A stretch of 64,000 bases of DNA from Oscillospiraceae bacterium (GTDB lineage: Bacteria > Bacillota > Clostridia > Oscillospirales > Oscillospiraceae): assembly GCA_017548065.1 (NCBI GenBank), contig JAFYNQ010000027.1, positions 9,872 to 73,871 on the forward strand, in the 5' to 3' direction. A program made the position numbers and the translations under genes. Under the pieces are notes generated by a model, which saw nothing but the letters and a program-made list of their open reading frames with translations, searched no databases and was not told where the DNA came from. Positions 29,759-38,442 of this stretch are shown piece by piece. How positions within the stretch are numbered: position 1 is the first letter of the stretch; every line of letters starts with the position of its first letter.

Positions 29759-30895
29759 ATGGATGTTTTGTTTGAAAAAACAAAAGCACTGTGCGAAAGC
29801 TTTTTGAAAATGGGCGTGCCTTGCTTTGACCTTTTGGTGCGCAAGGATGGAGAGGTAATTTTCCGTCACATGGGCGGCTATATTGACGTGGAAAACAAGA
29901 TCCCCATTAAGGGTGACGAGCTGTATAATATCTATTCCTGCTCCAAGCCCATTACGGTGACAGCCATGATGCAGCTGTGGGAAAAGGGGCTGTTTGACCT
30001 GGATGACCCCCTTTACAAGTACCTGCCGGAATACGAGCATATGACGGTGAAAACGGAAGAGGGCATCGTGCCTGCCAAGAATCCTATTCTTGTGCGGCAG
30101 CTGTTCACCATGACAGCCGGTCTGACCTACAACCTTCGTTCTCCCCATCTTCTGCAGCTGCGTGAGGACACCCAGGGTCGTTGCCCCACCCGTGAGGTGG
30201 CACGCTACCTGGCACGGGAGCCTCTGGCTTATGAGCCTGGCACGCAGTATCTTTACAGCCTTGCTCATGATGTGCTGGCGGCTTTGGTGGAGGTACTCTC
30301 CGGCGAAAAGTTTGAGGACTACGTAAGAAAAAATATTTTTGAGCCTATGGGCATGACCCGTTCTGATTTCCTGATGGACCCTGCGGTCTATGACCGGGTT
30401 GCGACCCACTACCGCTTTGATGCAGAGAAGGGCAAGGCCGTGCTTCGGGATAAGTGGCCTGCTTACCGTATGGGCACAGAGCATGCCAGCGGCGGCGCCG
30501 GCTGCGTGTCCACCGTGGAGGACTACAGCAAGTTCCTGGAGGGTCTGCGTACCTGCAAGCTGCTGAAAAAAGAGACCATTGACGTCATTACCCGTGACTG
30601 GCACAACGAGGAGGAGAAGAAGACCTTCCCCGTTCAGGATTTCTGGTACGGACTGGGTGTGCGTATGCGTAAACCCGGCGGTGTGCTGGCAGATTTCGGC
30701 TGGGGCGGCGCTGCCGGTGCTACCGGCCATGTGGACATTGTCAACGGCATGACGCTATATTATTCCCAGCACCTGATCAGCTCTCCCAACCAAAGCATGC
30801 GTACCCGTGTCTACAGCGCCGTTATGGCAGACCTGGGCTACGATGTGCCTGTGGTGATCCCCGATAACCCCGAAAACAACAAGCTGACCTATTAA
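29759..30895 (+). CDS. Serine hydrolase, beta-lactamase/esterase family
   Basis: SCSK (SxxK), LFTMTAG, PGTQYLYS, FGWGGAAG. Confidence 0.85.
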   Translation: MDVLFEKTKALCESFLKMGVPCFDLLVRKDGEVIFRHMGGYIDVENKIPIKGDELYNIYSCSKPITVTAMMQLWEKGLFDLDDPLYKYLPEYEHMTVKTEEGIVPAKNPILVRQLFTMTAGLTYNLRSPHLLQLREDTQGRCPTREVARYLAREPLAYEPGTQYLYSLAHDVLAALVEVLSGEKFEDYVRKNIFEPMGMTRSDFLMDPAVYDRVATHYRFDAEKGKAVLRDKWPAYRMGTEHASGGAGCVSTVEDYSKFLEGLRTCKLLKKETIDVITRDWHNEEEKKTFPVQDFWYGLGVRMRKPGGVLADFGWGGAAGATGHVDIVNGMTLYYSQHLISSPNQSMRTRVYSAVMADLGYDVPVVIPDNPENNKLTY

Positions 30896-30937
30896 AAAAC
30901 TGCCTTCCGGGTATTTCCCGGAAGGCAGTTTTCTTTT
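30896..30937. terminator. Bidirectional terminator
   Basis: AAAACTGCCTTCCGGG-tattt-CCCGGAAGGCAGTTTT between convergent genes. Confidence 0.88.
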
Positions 30938-32137
30938 TTAATCTACTTCGTGGGGCAGGATGAAGCCGCCAAAGTTGCGGTGGTAGCCGCCTGCCAGGTA
31001 CTTGGCCTTCAGCCAGCGCTGAAGACGGGTGTCCTCGGGAAGTGTGGCAAGGTCGGGATTCACAGAGGACTTGAACACAAAGTTAAATACGCTCTTGCCT
31101 GCGCACTTGGTGGGGTGCAGATGGAACACAGAGGCAAAGGCCATGATGTTGGAGTTCTCACCCAAAGGCTCTGCAAGCTGAGGATTCAGGATCCAGGAAC
31201 CGCAGTGGATGGCCTTGGGGGCATAGTCGGGATAATATTTTTCCGCATGGCGGAAGGCCTCACGGACAGCCTGCCGCGTGATCTCACGGCTCAGCTTCAT
31301 GCCGGCAGGCAGGTGCAGGGCGATCATGTTGTCGCCGGGCTTCACAGCCAGCTCCCATTGGTCTTTGGGGTAGTGGGTTAGACAGTTGGCGATCAGACCC
31401 TGCTTGTCCGTAGGATAGCCGGTGTATTCTGTCTCTGTCTCCGTGAAGGTGACGTGGAAAGAACCCTCCTCGTCGGTAAGTCCTGCAGAACCCAGGATCT
31501 CACCGGAGCGGTGGATGTCCCGGTCGTGGAGCAGCACAGCCACCTCACCGCTTTCTTTGTGCTTCAGCACGTAGAAGAATCTGCCTGCGGTGCTGAGGTT
31601 CATGCGGAAGCCACAGCAGGGGAAGATAACCGCATAGAGGAACAAGGTGATCCAGTTGAAATAGGTCTTGTCAAGACCGGGTCTGCCGTGGCGGCGGACA
31701 TTTACCGCAATGTCGCCACGGAAAACAGACACCATTGCCTTTTCTGCCTCCTCCGGGGTGTAGCCACGGCGGATAAACTCCCGGATGCCCCGGTCTGCCA
31801 TGGGCAGCTCGATCATCAGCGGTAGCATATCCAGCGCCGGTGTGCCGTCCGGCTCGGGCAGGGGAATGGCGGTGGCAGCGGACTGTCCCACCGTGGGCAT
31901 ATAGCGTGCAGCCACCTGGGCATACAAATAAGCATTCTCACGGGTGCAAAGATCCTCATAGCCACGCACTACATCCGGGTAGTACTGACCGAACAGCTCT
32001 CTTTCTTCGTGGTGACGGTCGATCAACGCCCGGTCAAACAAAGGGGCAGCGCCTGCTTTGACCTCTTCGTAAACAGCATCCATTCCCTCAGGATAGGTCT
32101 CTATTCCCAGGGAAGCTGCGATTTCTGCAAATTTCAT
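30938..32137 (-). CDS. Acyltransferase-domain (DUF5596/GNAT-like) protein
   Basis: LHLPAG, CGSWILNPQL, TRLQR motifs; GGAGG RBS. Confidence 0.6.
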   Translation of the reverse strand: MKFAEIAASLGIETYPEGMDAVYEEVKAGAAPLFDRALIDRHHEERELFGQYYPDVVRGYEDLCTRENAYLYAQVAARYMPTVGQSAATAIPLPEPDGTPALDMLPLMIELPMADRGIREFIRRGYTPEEAEKAMVSVFRGDIAVNVRRHGRPGLDKTYFNWITLFLYAVIFPCCGFRMNLSTAGRFFYVLKHKESGEVAVLLHDRDIHRSGEILGSAGLTDEEGSFHVTFTETETEYTGYPTDKQGLIANCLTHYPKDQWELAVKPGDNMIALHLPAGMKLSREITRQAVREAFRHAEKYYPDYAPKAIHCGSWILNPQLAEPLGENSNIMAFASVFHLHPTKCAGKSVFNFVFKSSVNPDLATLPEDTRLQRWLKAKYLAGGYHRNFGGFILPHEVD

Positions 32138-32162
32138 AATATACCTCCAAGAAAATCCCGGT

Positions 32163-32909
32163 TTATTTACCGTAATTCTTCAAATCTCTGGGTGTGCAAT
32201 CAAAATGCTTTTTGACCACACGGGCAAAGTATTTGGGATCGTTGAAGCCGCTTTCCATGGCAGCCTGCTCAATGGGGATGCCGCCGGCAATGCGGCTACG
32301 GGCATATTCCAGCCGCAGCTCGGTGATGTACTCCACCGGGGTCTTCCGGTAGTGCTGCTTAAACAGCTGACGGAAGGTGGTGGCGCCGATGCCGGAGGCC
32401 TCGCAAATGCTTTGTACATTTAAGGCAGACCGATAATTGGCGTTGATATAAGACACCGCCTGCAAAAAATGGGGTGGCATGTTGGTTTTTGTCTGTGACT
32501 CAAAAATAGTACCGAGGATGCTGTACAGCTGACTCATAGCATGCACCTTGTAGCCCGGCTCTTTGTTCTGCCACAGAGCATGGGCGCGGAGGAAAAGCTT
32601 ATACAGCCGTCCGCTGTCCTCCAGGGGATAGACCTCAACACGCTTGTCGCTTTTTCGGGTCAGGAAATGAATGACGATCATTTCCGTATCTGTGTAGTTT
32701 GCGGTGTAGCCCAGGTCCTGGGGCAGATACAAAACATCGTTGCTGGTAATATGATACCGGTTTCCCTGGCAATCTACCTGGGCAGTGCCACGAATACGGA
32801 AGGCAAGGGCGCAATAATTTCGGGGCTCAACACAGTAGTTGCCGCCGGGCCATTGCATATGTTCAACGGCAACGATGCCCAGTATGGGATTATCGCCTTG
32901 ATACAGCAT
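32163..32909 (-). CDS. AraC family transcriptional regulator
   Basis: AMESGFNDPKYFARVVKKHFDCTP HTH. Confidence 0.9.
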   Translation of the reverse strand: MLYQGDNPILGIVAVEHMQWPGGNYCVEPRNYCALAFRIRGTAQVDCQGNRYHITSNDVLYLPQDLGYTANYTDTEMIVIHFLTRKSDKRVEVYPLEDSGRLYKLFLRAHALWQNKEPGYKVHAMSQLYSILGTIFESQTKTNMPPHFLQAVSYINANYRSALNVQSICEASGIGATTFRQLFKQHYRKTPVEYITELRLEYARSRIAGGIPIEQAAMESGFNDPKYFARVVKKHFDCTPRDLKNYGK

Positions 32910-34231
32910 TACTTTCTCATCTCCTGCAGCCAGCCCAGCAGCTTAAGCACAATATGCTCACCGGTGCCTGCCACATAGTGACACTGGGTGACCTCGTATT
33001 CGCCGTGGGGGAAGGCGGAGCTGTCCGGCAGATAGCTGTAGTAATCCAGAGAGTAGCCGCAGGTGAGGGTCATGGGGAAGGCAGAGCCGATGCGCAGACG
33101 GACACCCAGCACGTCAAACATCTCCAGGGGGAAGAAGCAGATGGCAACATCGCCAAAGCTTAAGGCAGCCAGGGGCATGTCATGGAACTCACCTTGCATT
33201 TCCGGCCATTCCACACGGCGGATGATCTGCGCCTGCTCATAGCGGTTGGCAATGCCGGCAGCGTGAAGCTTTTCCGTGCGCTCCTTGGGGTCGGCTACGT
33301 TGTAAAGCTCCCGTGCGGTATCTGCCAGATGGTCTTTGGTGTGATTCACAGCGCAGCGAAGGGTACCCACCTGCAGACGCACATCGCCGGGCTGCAGCAT
33401 AGCTTCCTTTTTCATGGCCTCCAACGCCGCATCGGCAATGGCATAGCCAAGATCCCAATAAGTCGCTTTGGCGAAGGGCTTTTCCTCCTCCAGTCGTGTG
33501 AAGCTGTTCAGGTTGCCGCAGCAGCCCTGGATGTAAAGCACCTTGGCGCCGGTGGCCTCCTCCAGACGCTCCCGAAGGGGATGGACAAAGTCGGCGCAGA
33601 TCACAGTGGGCGCCAGGGAAAGGGCATGGGCAGCATGCACCTGATAATTCACAAGAATAATATCCTCGCCGCCCTCCCGACAAATGCGCACAGTACGCAG
33701 CTCCGGGTCAGCCTTGCTCTCGTGGGCAACCAGGGGGGCCTTGGAGGGGTTGGCAGAGGCAATGCAGTACCAGGTGCCGTCGGCTCTTTGGTAGCGGCGG
33801 ACATAGGTGGTGTTCTCCAGCTCGGTGGTGCCGCCGGCAATGGCGGTGACAGCCTTTTCGTCTGCTATGGCAGCCTTTGCGGCCTCCAAAGCGGCAGGGG
33901 TGCAGATCCGCTCCCGCCAGTCCATAATGTTGTCCTTTGTAATATAGCTGGCATCGGGGGTGGAATGGTTGTGGGTGCAGGTGAGAAGCACCTGGGCTTC
34001 GGTCAAACCGGTGGCTTCTGCAATGCGAGGCTGCATTACGGCACGGAAGGAACGGGTGATCTCACGGATATCAAAGCTGACCACCAAAGCGCGGGTATCG
34101 CCGCTTTGCACAGAAAGGGCGGTAACGCAAAGGGGAGTTTCTGTTTTGGTGCTGACCAGCACGCTGTTGATCTGCACCTGACCGTCAGGGGTGATATCCC
34201 GTCGGGCATAGCCGATTTTCACATTTTCCAT
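32909..34231 (-). CDS. Neutral/alkaline ceramidase-like metal amidase
   Basis: GYARRDITP, CTHNHSTP, NYQVHA, QGCCGN, YLP...F..GEYE. Confidence 0.7.
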   Translation of the reverse strand: MENVKIGYARRDITPDGQVQINSVLVSTKTETPLCVTALSVQSGDTRALVVSFDIREITRSFRAVMQPRIAEATGLTEAQVLLTCTHNHSTPDASYITKDNIMDWRERICTPAALEAAKAAIADEKAVTAIAGGTTELENTTYVRRYQRADGTWYCIASANPSKAPLVAHESKADPELRTVRICREGGEDIILVNYQVHAAHALSLAPTVICADFVHPLRERLEEATGAKVLYIQGCCGNLNSFTRLEEEKPFAKATYWDLGYAIADAALEAMKKEAMLQPGDVRLQVGTLRCAVNHTKDHLADTARELYNVADPKERTEKLHAAGIANRYEQAQIIRRVEWPEMQGEFHDMPLAALSFGDVAICFFPLEMFDVLGVRLRIGSAFPMTLTCGYSLDYYSYLPDSSAFPHGEYEVTQCHYVAGTGEHIVLKLLGWLQEMRK

Positions 34232-34318
34232 AAGGAACCTCCCAGGGGTGATTTTTTCTCATTGTACCACACAGCCGTGGAAAATGCCAGTAAATAAAAG
34301 AAAAAAGTGCGGAAAGTC

Positions 34319-34347
34319 TTGCACTTGTATGCTTTGGGCATTATAAT
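34319..34347 (+). promoter_or_regulatory. sigmaA promoter
   Basis: TTGCAC-17 nt-TATAAT upstream of ATG 34380. Confidence 0.65.
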
Positions 34348-34379
34348 ATAAAAAAGCGTAAAAAAGAGGGAGAATCCAT

Positions 34380-35465
34380 ATGGGGCATAGAGAATCTGTA
34401 ATACAAGGCTGTCTTTTGGGTCTGGCCGTCGGTGATGCCATGGGCGCACCGGTGGACAAGATGAAATGGGATCAGATCTGTGAGACCTACGGCCCTAACG
34501 GTCTGTTGGGCTACGATACTGCCAATGACAATGCCGATATCACATCCTACACCCAGCTGGCAGCGTTTTGCTGCAACGGTCTGCTTTTGGCAACCTCCCG
34601 GGAAAAATATGACAAGCTGACCCGTTACCTTGCCATGAGTCAACGGGAGTGGGCGAAGAGCCAGCAGTTCCGTGGCGCCGGAGAAAAGACCTTCTGCTGG
34701 CTGGCGCAGCTGCCCCGTATGCGTGGTCGCCGCTGCATGGACAGTAAGCTCCTGGATGCCCTGGGACGGGATTCCCTGGGCACACCGGAAAAGCCCCTTC
34801 TGCGCAGCGAGACACCGGCGGCCCTGACCACCGCCGTGGCGGCAGCTGTTCTGTACGATCCCGAAAAAATGTCCCGTGAGACCCTGGCGCAGCTGGGCGC
34901 CTACGCTGTGGCATTCACCAACGGTGACCCCCTGGCATGGTGCAGCGGCGCCGTGCTGGCCTGCGCACTGGGAAGCTGGCTGCAGGACCCGGAAAAGAAG
35001 GTGGAGGTGTGCTTCGGGGAGGCCGCCGAGCTGGTCACAAAGGTGTACCCCGGTGAAGCTTCGGAGACGGTGCAGCAGCTTTTGCAGCTGGCAGTCACCT
35101 TTGCCAAGGACGAGACATTGACACCCCTGGCGGCGCTGTCCATGCTTGGCTGCACCACAACGGAGCAGTGCCTTGCCGGCGCTGTGTATTCCTGCGCCTA
35201 CAGTGAGGATAATTTTGATAATGCCCTGATCGCCGCCGTGAACCACTCCGGTCGAAGCTGCGCAGTGGCAGCGGTAACCGGCGCATTTATGGGCGCAAAG
35301 CTGGGCGCAGAGGCGCTTCCCGGCTTCTACCTGGAATCCCTTTCTCAGGTGCAGACCCTTTGCGAGCTGGCAAGAGACATTGCCCAGGGTGCAGCCGCCT
35401 ACGGCGCATTTGACACAGACTGGGATCAGAAATACAACCAGGGACAGCCTGTAAATACCGACTGA
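34380..35465 (+). CDS. ADP-ribosylglycohydrolase-fold protein with degenerate catalytic motifs
   Basis: GCLLGLAVGDAMG N-terminal motif; ITSYTQ where TDDT is expected; HSGRSCAVAAVTG where GDSDT is expected. Confidence 0.8.
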   Translation: MGHRESVIQGCLLGLAVGDAMGAPVDKMKWDQICETYGPNGLLGYDTANDNADITSYTQLAAFCCNGLLLATSREKYDKLTRYLAMSQREWAKSQQFRGAGEKTFCWLAQLPRMRGRRCMDSKLLDALGRDSLGTPEKPLLRSETPAALTTAVAAAVLYDPEKMSRETLAQLGAYAVAFTNGDPLAWCSGAVLACALGSWLQDPEKKVEVCFGEAAELVTKVYPGEASETVQQLLQLAVTFAKDETLTPLAALSMLGCTTTEQCLAGAVYSCAYSEDNFDNALIAAVNHSGRSCAVAAVTGAFMGAKLGAEALPGFYLESLSQVQTLCELARDIAQGAAAYGAFDTDWDQKYNQGQPVNTD

Positions 35466-35469
35466 CCAA

Positions 35470-35508
35470 CAGCGGTGCTGCAAACGGCAGCGCCGCTGCT
35501 GTTTTTTT
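35470..35508 (+). terminator. Rho-independent terminator
   Basis: CAGCGGTGCTGC-aaacg-GCAGCGCCGCTG then T-tract. Confidence 0.75.
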
Positions 35509-35583
35509 ACCGAAAAATGCTATTTTTGAACCTTTACCCCATTGGCGTTGCGTGGTAAAATAGGGGAGAAAGGGGCGATTACT

Positions 35584-37491
35584 ATGAAATTATCTGCATT
35601 GACAGCCATTCATTGGTTCGGTGATATCTGCATCTGCCTGGCGGCAAAGGATCTGGCACGGGACATAAAAGCCGTGGCAGGCATTGACCTTCCGGTGATT
35701 GCGTCCCATGAGACCGGAGAGGGCATTTTGTCTGTCGGCACAATGAAAGATGCGCCTTTCCTGGCAGAAGCAAAAGAATATTTTTCTTCGCTTCCCACCG
35801 AATGGGAAGAATATGCCGCTTGCGTGCTGGTTGACCGTGTGGTGATTTTGGGCAGCGACAAGCGTGCCGCCATGTGGGGCATTTATAAGCTTTCTGAAAA
35901 GCTGGGCATTCTTCCTTGCCACCGCTATAGCCTGACAGAGCCTGAAAAGAAAGCGGAATTGCCGGAGCAGGCCTGGACAGACCGCCCTAAGACCTACCGC
36001 TTCCGTGGCTGGTTTCTCAACGATGAAGACCTGTTGACAAAACGCATTCTTTCCGGGGGCAAACGGGATATTGATTACCGCTATTACCATGATGTCTGCG
36101 ACGTGGCATCCCTGGAGGAAGCGGTGGAGACGGCGCTGCGGCTGAATATCAACCTGATAATTCCCGGCTCTATCATTGATATTGACGAGCCTTACCAAAA
36201 GGCGCTGGTGGATTACTGCGTGAAGCGTGGTCTTTATGTGACCCAGCATCATATTGAGCCGGTGGGTGTCAGCTGGTGGGCATATAATAATTACTATAAG
36301 CGCAGAAACATGGACATACCACCCTATTCCTTCCTGCAGAACAAGCAGGCAATGGTCACAGTTTGGGAACGTTATGTAAACCTATGGGCGCAGTACGGTG
36401 AGAATGTAATCTGGCAGCTGGGACTCCGTGGCAGAGCAGATACCCCGGTGTGGAAAGCAGATACCGCCAAAATGGACGAAGAGGGCTGGGGCGGCTATAT
36501 ATCGGATGCCATCGCCACACAGTATGACCTGATTCGCCGGGCGGTGGGTGAGCATTTCTATGCCACTGCCACCATGTGGATGGAAGGCGCTGCCATGTAT
36601 GCCGACGGCAGCCTGACACTGCCCAAGGGTGTTATGCCGATCTTCTCCGATGCCGGTAATACCCAAATGATGTCTTCTGACTTTTTCAATACTCCCCGTG
36701 ACCCCAAGGTGGGCAGCGGTATCTACTACCACGTAGCCTATTGGGGCGGAGGCCCACACCTCGCCATTGGCAACAACCCGGTGAAGATGTTGTATAATTA
36801 TGATTTGGCGATTCAAAAAGGGGACACCTGCTACAGCTTTTTGAACGTGTCCAATGTCCGTGAGGTCTTGTATTGCGCCGCTGCCAACAGCCGTGTTGTG
36901 TGGGATCGGGACAGCTTTGACCTGGAAACCTTTGACCGCAGCTTTGCAAAGGATTATTTTGGAAACGAAGCGCTTTCTGTCTTCTTCCGGGAATTTTTTG
37001 CCTGCTATGTGGAAGGGGATATTCAAACAGACCTTGCCAAAAGCCGGAATTATAGTTTTGATTTTCTGCTCCAGGATGTGCCGTTTCCCTATTACCCCAT
37101 CAATGATGGCGATCTCCGCGTGATCGGACGCTCTGCCCTTCGTGGAAAGGAGTATAAAAATGGCTGGCCTCAGCGGTTTGAAGCCAGCGCAAAGAAATTT
37201 GAAGCGTTGCTGCAAAAGGTGGAAACCGCTTCCGCAGCGCCCTATTTTGAAGAGTATAAGCTGATGGTGCAGTTTATGATCTGTTTGACCCGCTGGGCGG
37301 TGGGGGTTTGTAGCTACCGGGAAACCGGGGACAAAGCATACCTGCGCCCTGCGGCAGAACACCTGCAGCGCTATTTGGAAGCAAGAAAGCGTATGGAACA
37401 GCCGCCCTTTGAAAACTGGTATCGGGGCGACGATAAAATGAACATCCCCGGCCTGTTGGCGCTTACCATGGAATACGCAGAAGGGGAGTAA
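35584..37491 (+). CDS. Glycoside hydrolase family 115-like protein
   Basis: ILGSDKRAAMWGIY, YRFRGWFLNDED, HHIEP, GLRG..D, GIYYH; start 35584 after AAGGGG. Confidence 0.72.
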   Translation: MKLSALTAIHWFGDICICLAAKDLARDIKAVAGIDLPVIASHETGEGILSVGTMKDAPFLAEAKEYFSSLPTEWEEYAACVLVDRVVILGSDKRAAMWGIYKLSEKLGILPCHRYSLTEPEKKAELPEQAWTDRPKTYRFRGWFLNDEDLLTKRILSGGKRDIDYRYYHDVCDVASLEEAVETALRLNINLIIPGSIIDIDEPYQKALVDYCVKRGLYVTQHHIEPVGVSWWAYNNYYKRRNMDIPPYSFLQNKQAMVTVWERYVNLWAQYGENVIWQLGLRGRADTPVWKADTAKMDEEGWGGYISDAIATQYDLIRRAVGEHFYATATMWMEGAAMYADGSLTLPKGVMPIFSDAGNTQMMSSDFFNTPRDPKVGSGIYYHVAYWGGGPHLAIGNNPVKMLYNYDLAIQKGDTCYSFLNVSNVREVLYCAAANSRVVWDRDSFDLETFDRSFAKDYFGNEALSVFFREFFACYVEGDIQTDLAKSRNYSFDFLLQDVPFPYYPINDGDLRVIGRSALRGKEYKNGWPQRFEASAKKFEALLQKVETASAAPYFEEYKLMVQFMICLTRWAVGVCSYRETGDKAYLRPAAEHLQRYLEARKRMEQPPFENWYRGDDKMNIPGLLALTMEYAEGE

Positions 37492-37493
37492 GC

Positions 37494-38267
37494 TTATCGC
37501 TGATTCTGTTTGAAACGGCGATATTCCGTAGGTGTTCTGCCGGTGATCTCACGGAATTTGGCAGCGAAATAAGCCTGGGAGGAGAAGCCGCATTGGGCGG
37601 CGATCTCTGAAATGGAGAGGTTGCCCTCCTCCAAAGCAATTTGCGCAGCGGTGATGCGCCGGGACAGAATTCTCTGTGCCGGCGTTTTTCCGTATCTGCG
37701 TGTATACAGCTTGTGAAAATAGGTAGGGTCCAGGTTGCTCACCTGGGCAAGCTTCTTTAAAGAAAGCTCCTCGGATAGATGCTCACGGATATAGCGATCA
37801 GCCTTCATAAGATCCTCCCGATGGACAAAGCCGCCGGTACCGGCATGGGGGTTTTCCGCCAGCAGCGATAAGACCCGGGCAGCGCAGGCGGTGATTCGCA
37901 GTCGGCCGGCAAGGGAGTCTTTGTCCTCGGTGCGCAGCATCTTTTGAATTTGGGTGATCACCTCATCCATGTTCCAGAAAGGACCGGTATCCGGCAGATT
38001 GTCAAAAAAGTCGCACAAAGCAGGATCCTGGGTGCTGATGTTCAGGTAATAGCACCGATAAGGTCCCACCAGCTGCTGCATCTGCCCCGGGCGGTACAGA
38101 CAGTAGTACCCCTTTCTGGCGCTGCGAAAGATCCCGTCGGTAACGGTGCCGCCGGGGTGATCCTCTGTATAAAATTCCAGCTCATAAAAGCGGATCGGCT
38201 GAAGCTTGCTGACCCGCCGGATCTGGCTGATACCGAAGTTAGACAGTGAAAAATGCGGAAGCTGCAT
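37494..38267 (-). CDS. AraC family transcriptional regulator
   Basis: IAAQCGFSSQAYFAAKFREITGRTP; ATG 38267 after GGGAGG. Confidence 0.88.
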   Translation of the reverse strand: MQLPHFSLSNFGISQIRRVSKLQPIRFYELEFYTEDHPGGTVTDGIFRSARKGYYCLYRPGQMQQLVGPYRCYYLNISTQDPALCDFFDNLPDTGPFWNMDEVITQIQKMLRTEDKDSLAGRLRITACAARVLSLLAENPHAGTGGFVHREDLMKADRYIREHLSEELSLKKLAQVSNLDPTYFHKLYTRRYGKTPAQRILSRRITAAQIALEEGNLSISEIAAQCGFSSQAYFAAKFREITGRTPTEYRRFKQNQR

Positions 38268-38386
38268 CGTGATCCCTCCCGGAAAAAGAGTACCACAGCT
38301 TCCCAAAGATTGCAAGAAAATTATAGTATCCCATGCATTCCTGTGAAAAAATACCAAGATATTTATAATTCATGCCAATATATCCA

Positions 38387-38415
38387 TTGCAATTGCCGTC
38401 CCGGGGACTTATAAT
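38387..38415 (+). promoter_or_regulatory. sigmaA promoter
   Basis: TTGCAA-17 nt-TATAAT; AAGGAG RBS before ATG 38443. Confidence 0.65.
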
Positions 38416-38442
38416 GAAAGAAAAAACGAAAGGAGCAATACT

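Noticed and set aside
29759-30895. Antibiotic-resistance beta-lactamase
   Set aside because: No signal peptide and YSL rather than YxN; catabolic context favours an esterase/amidase
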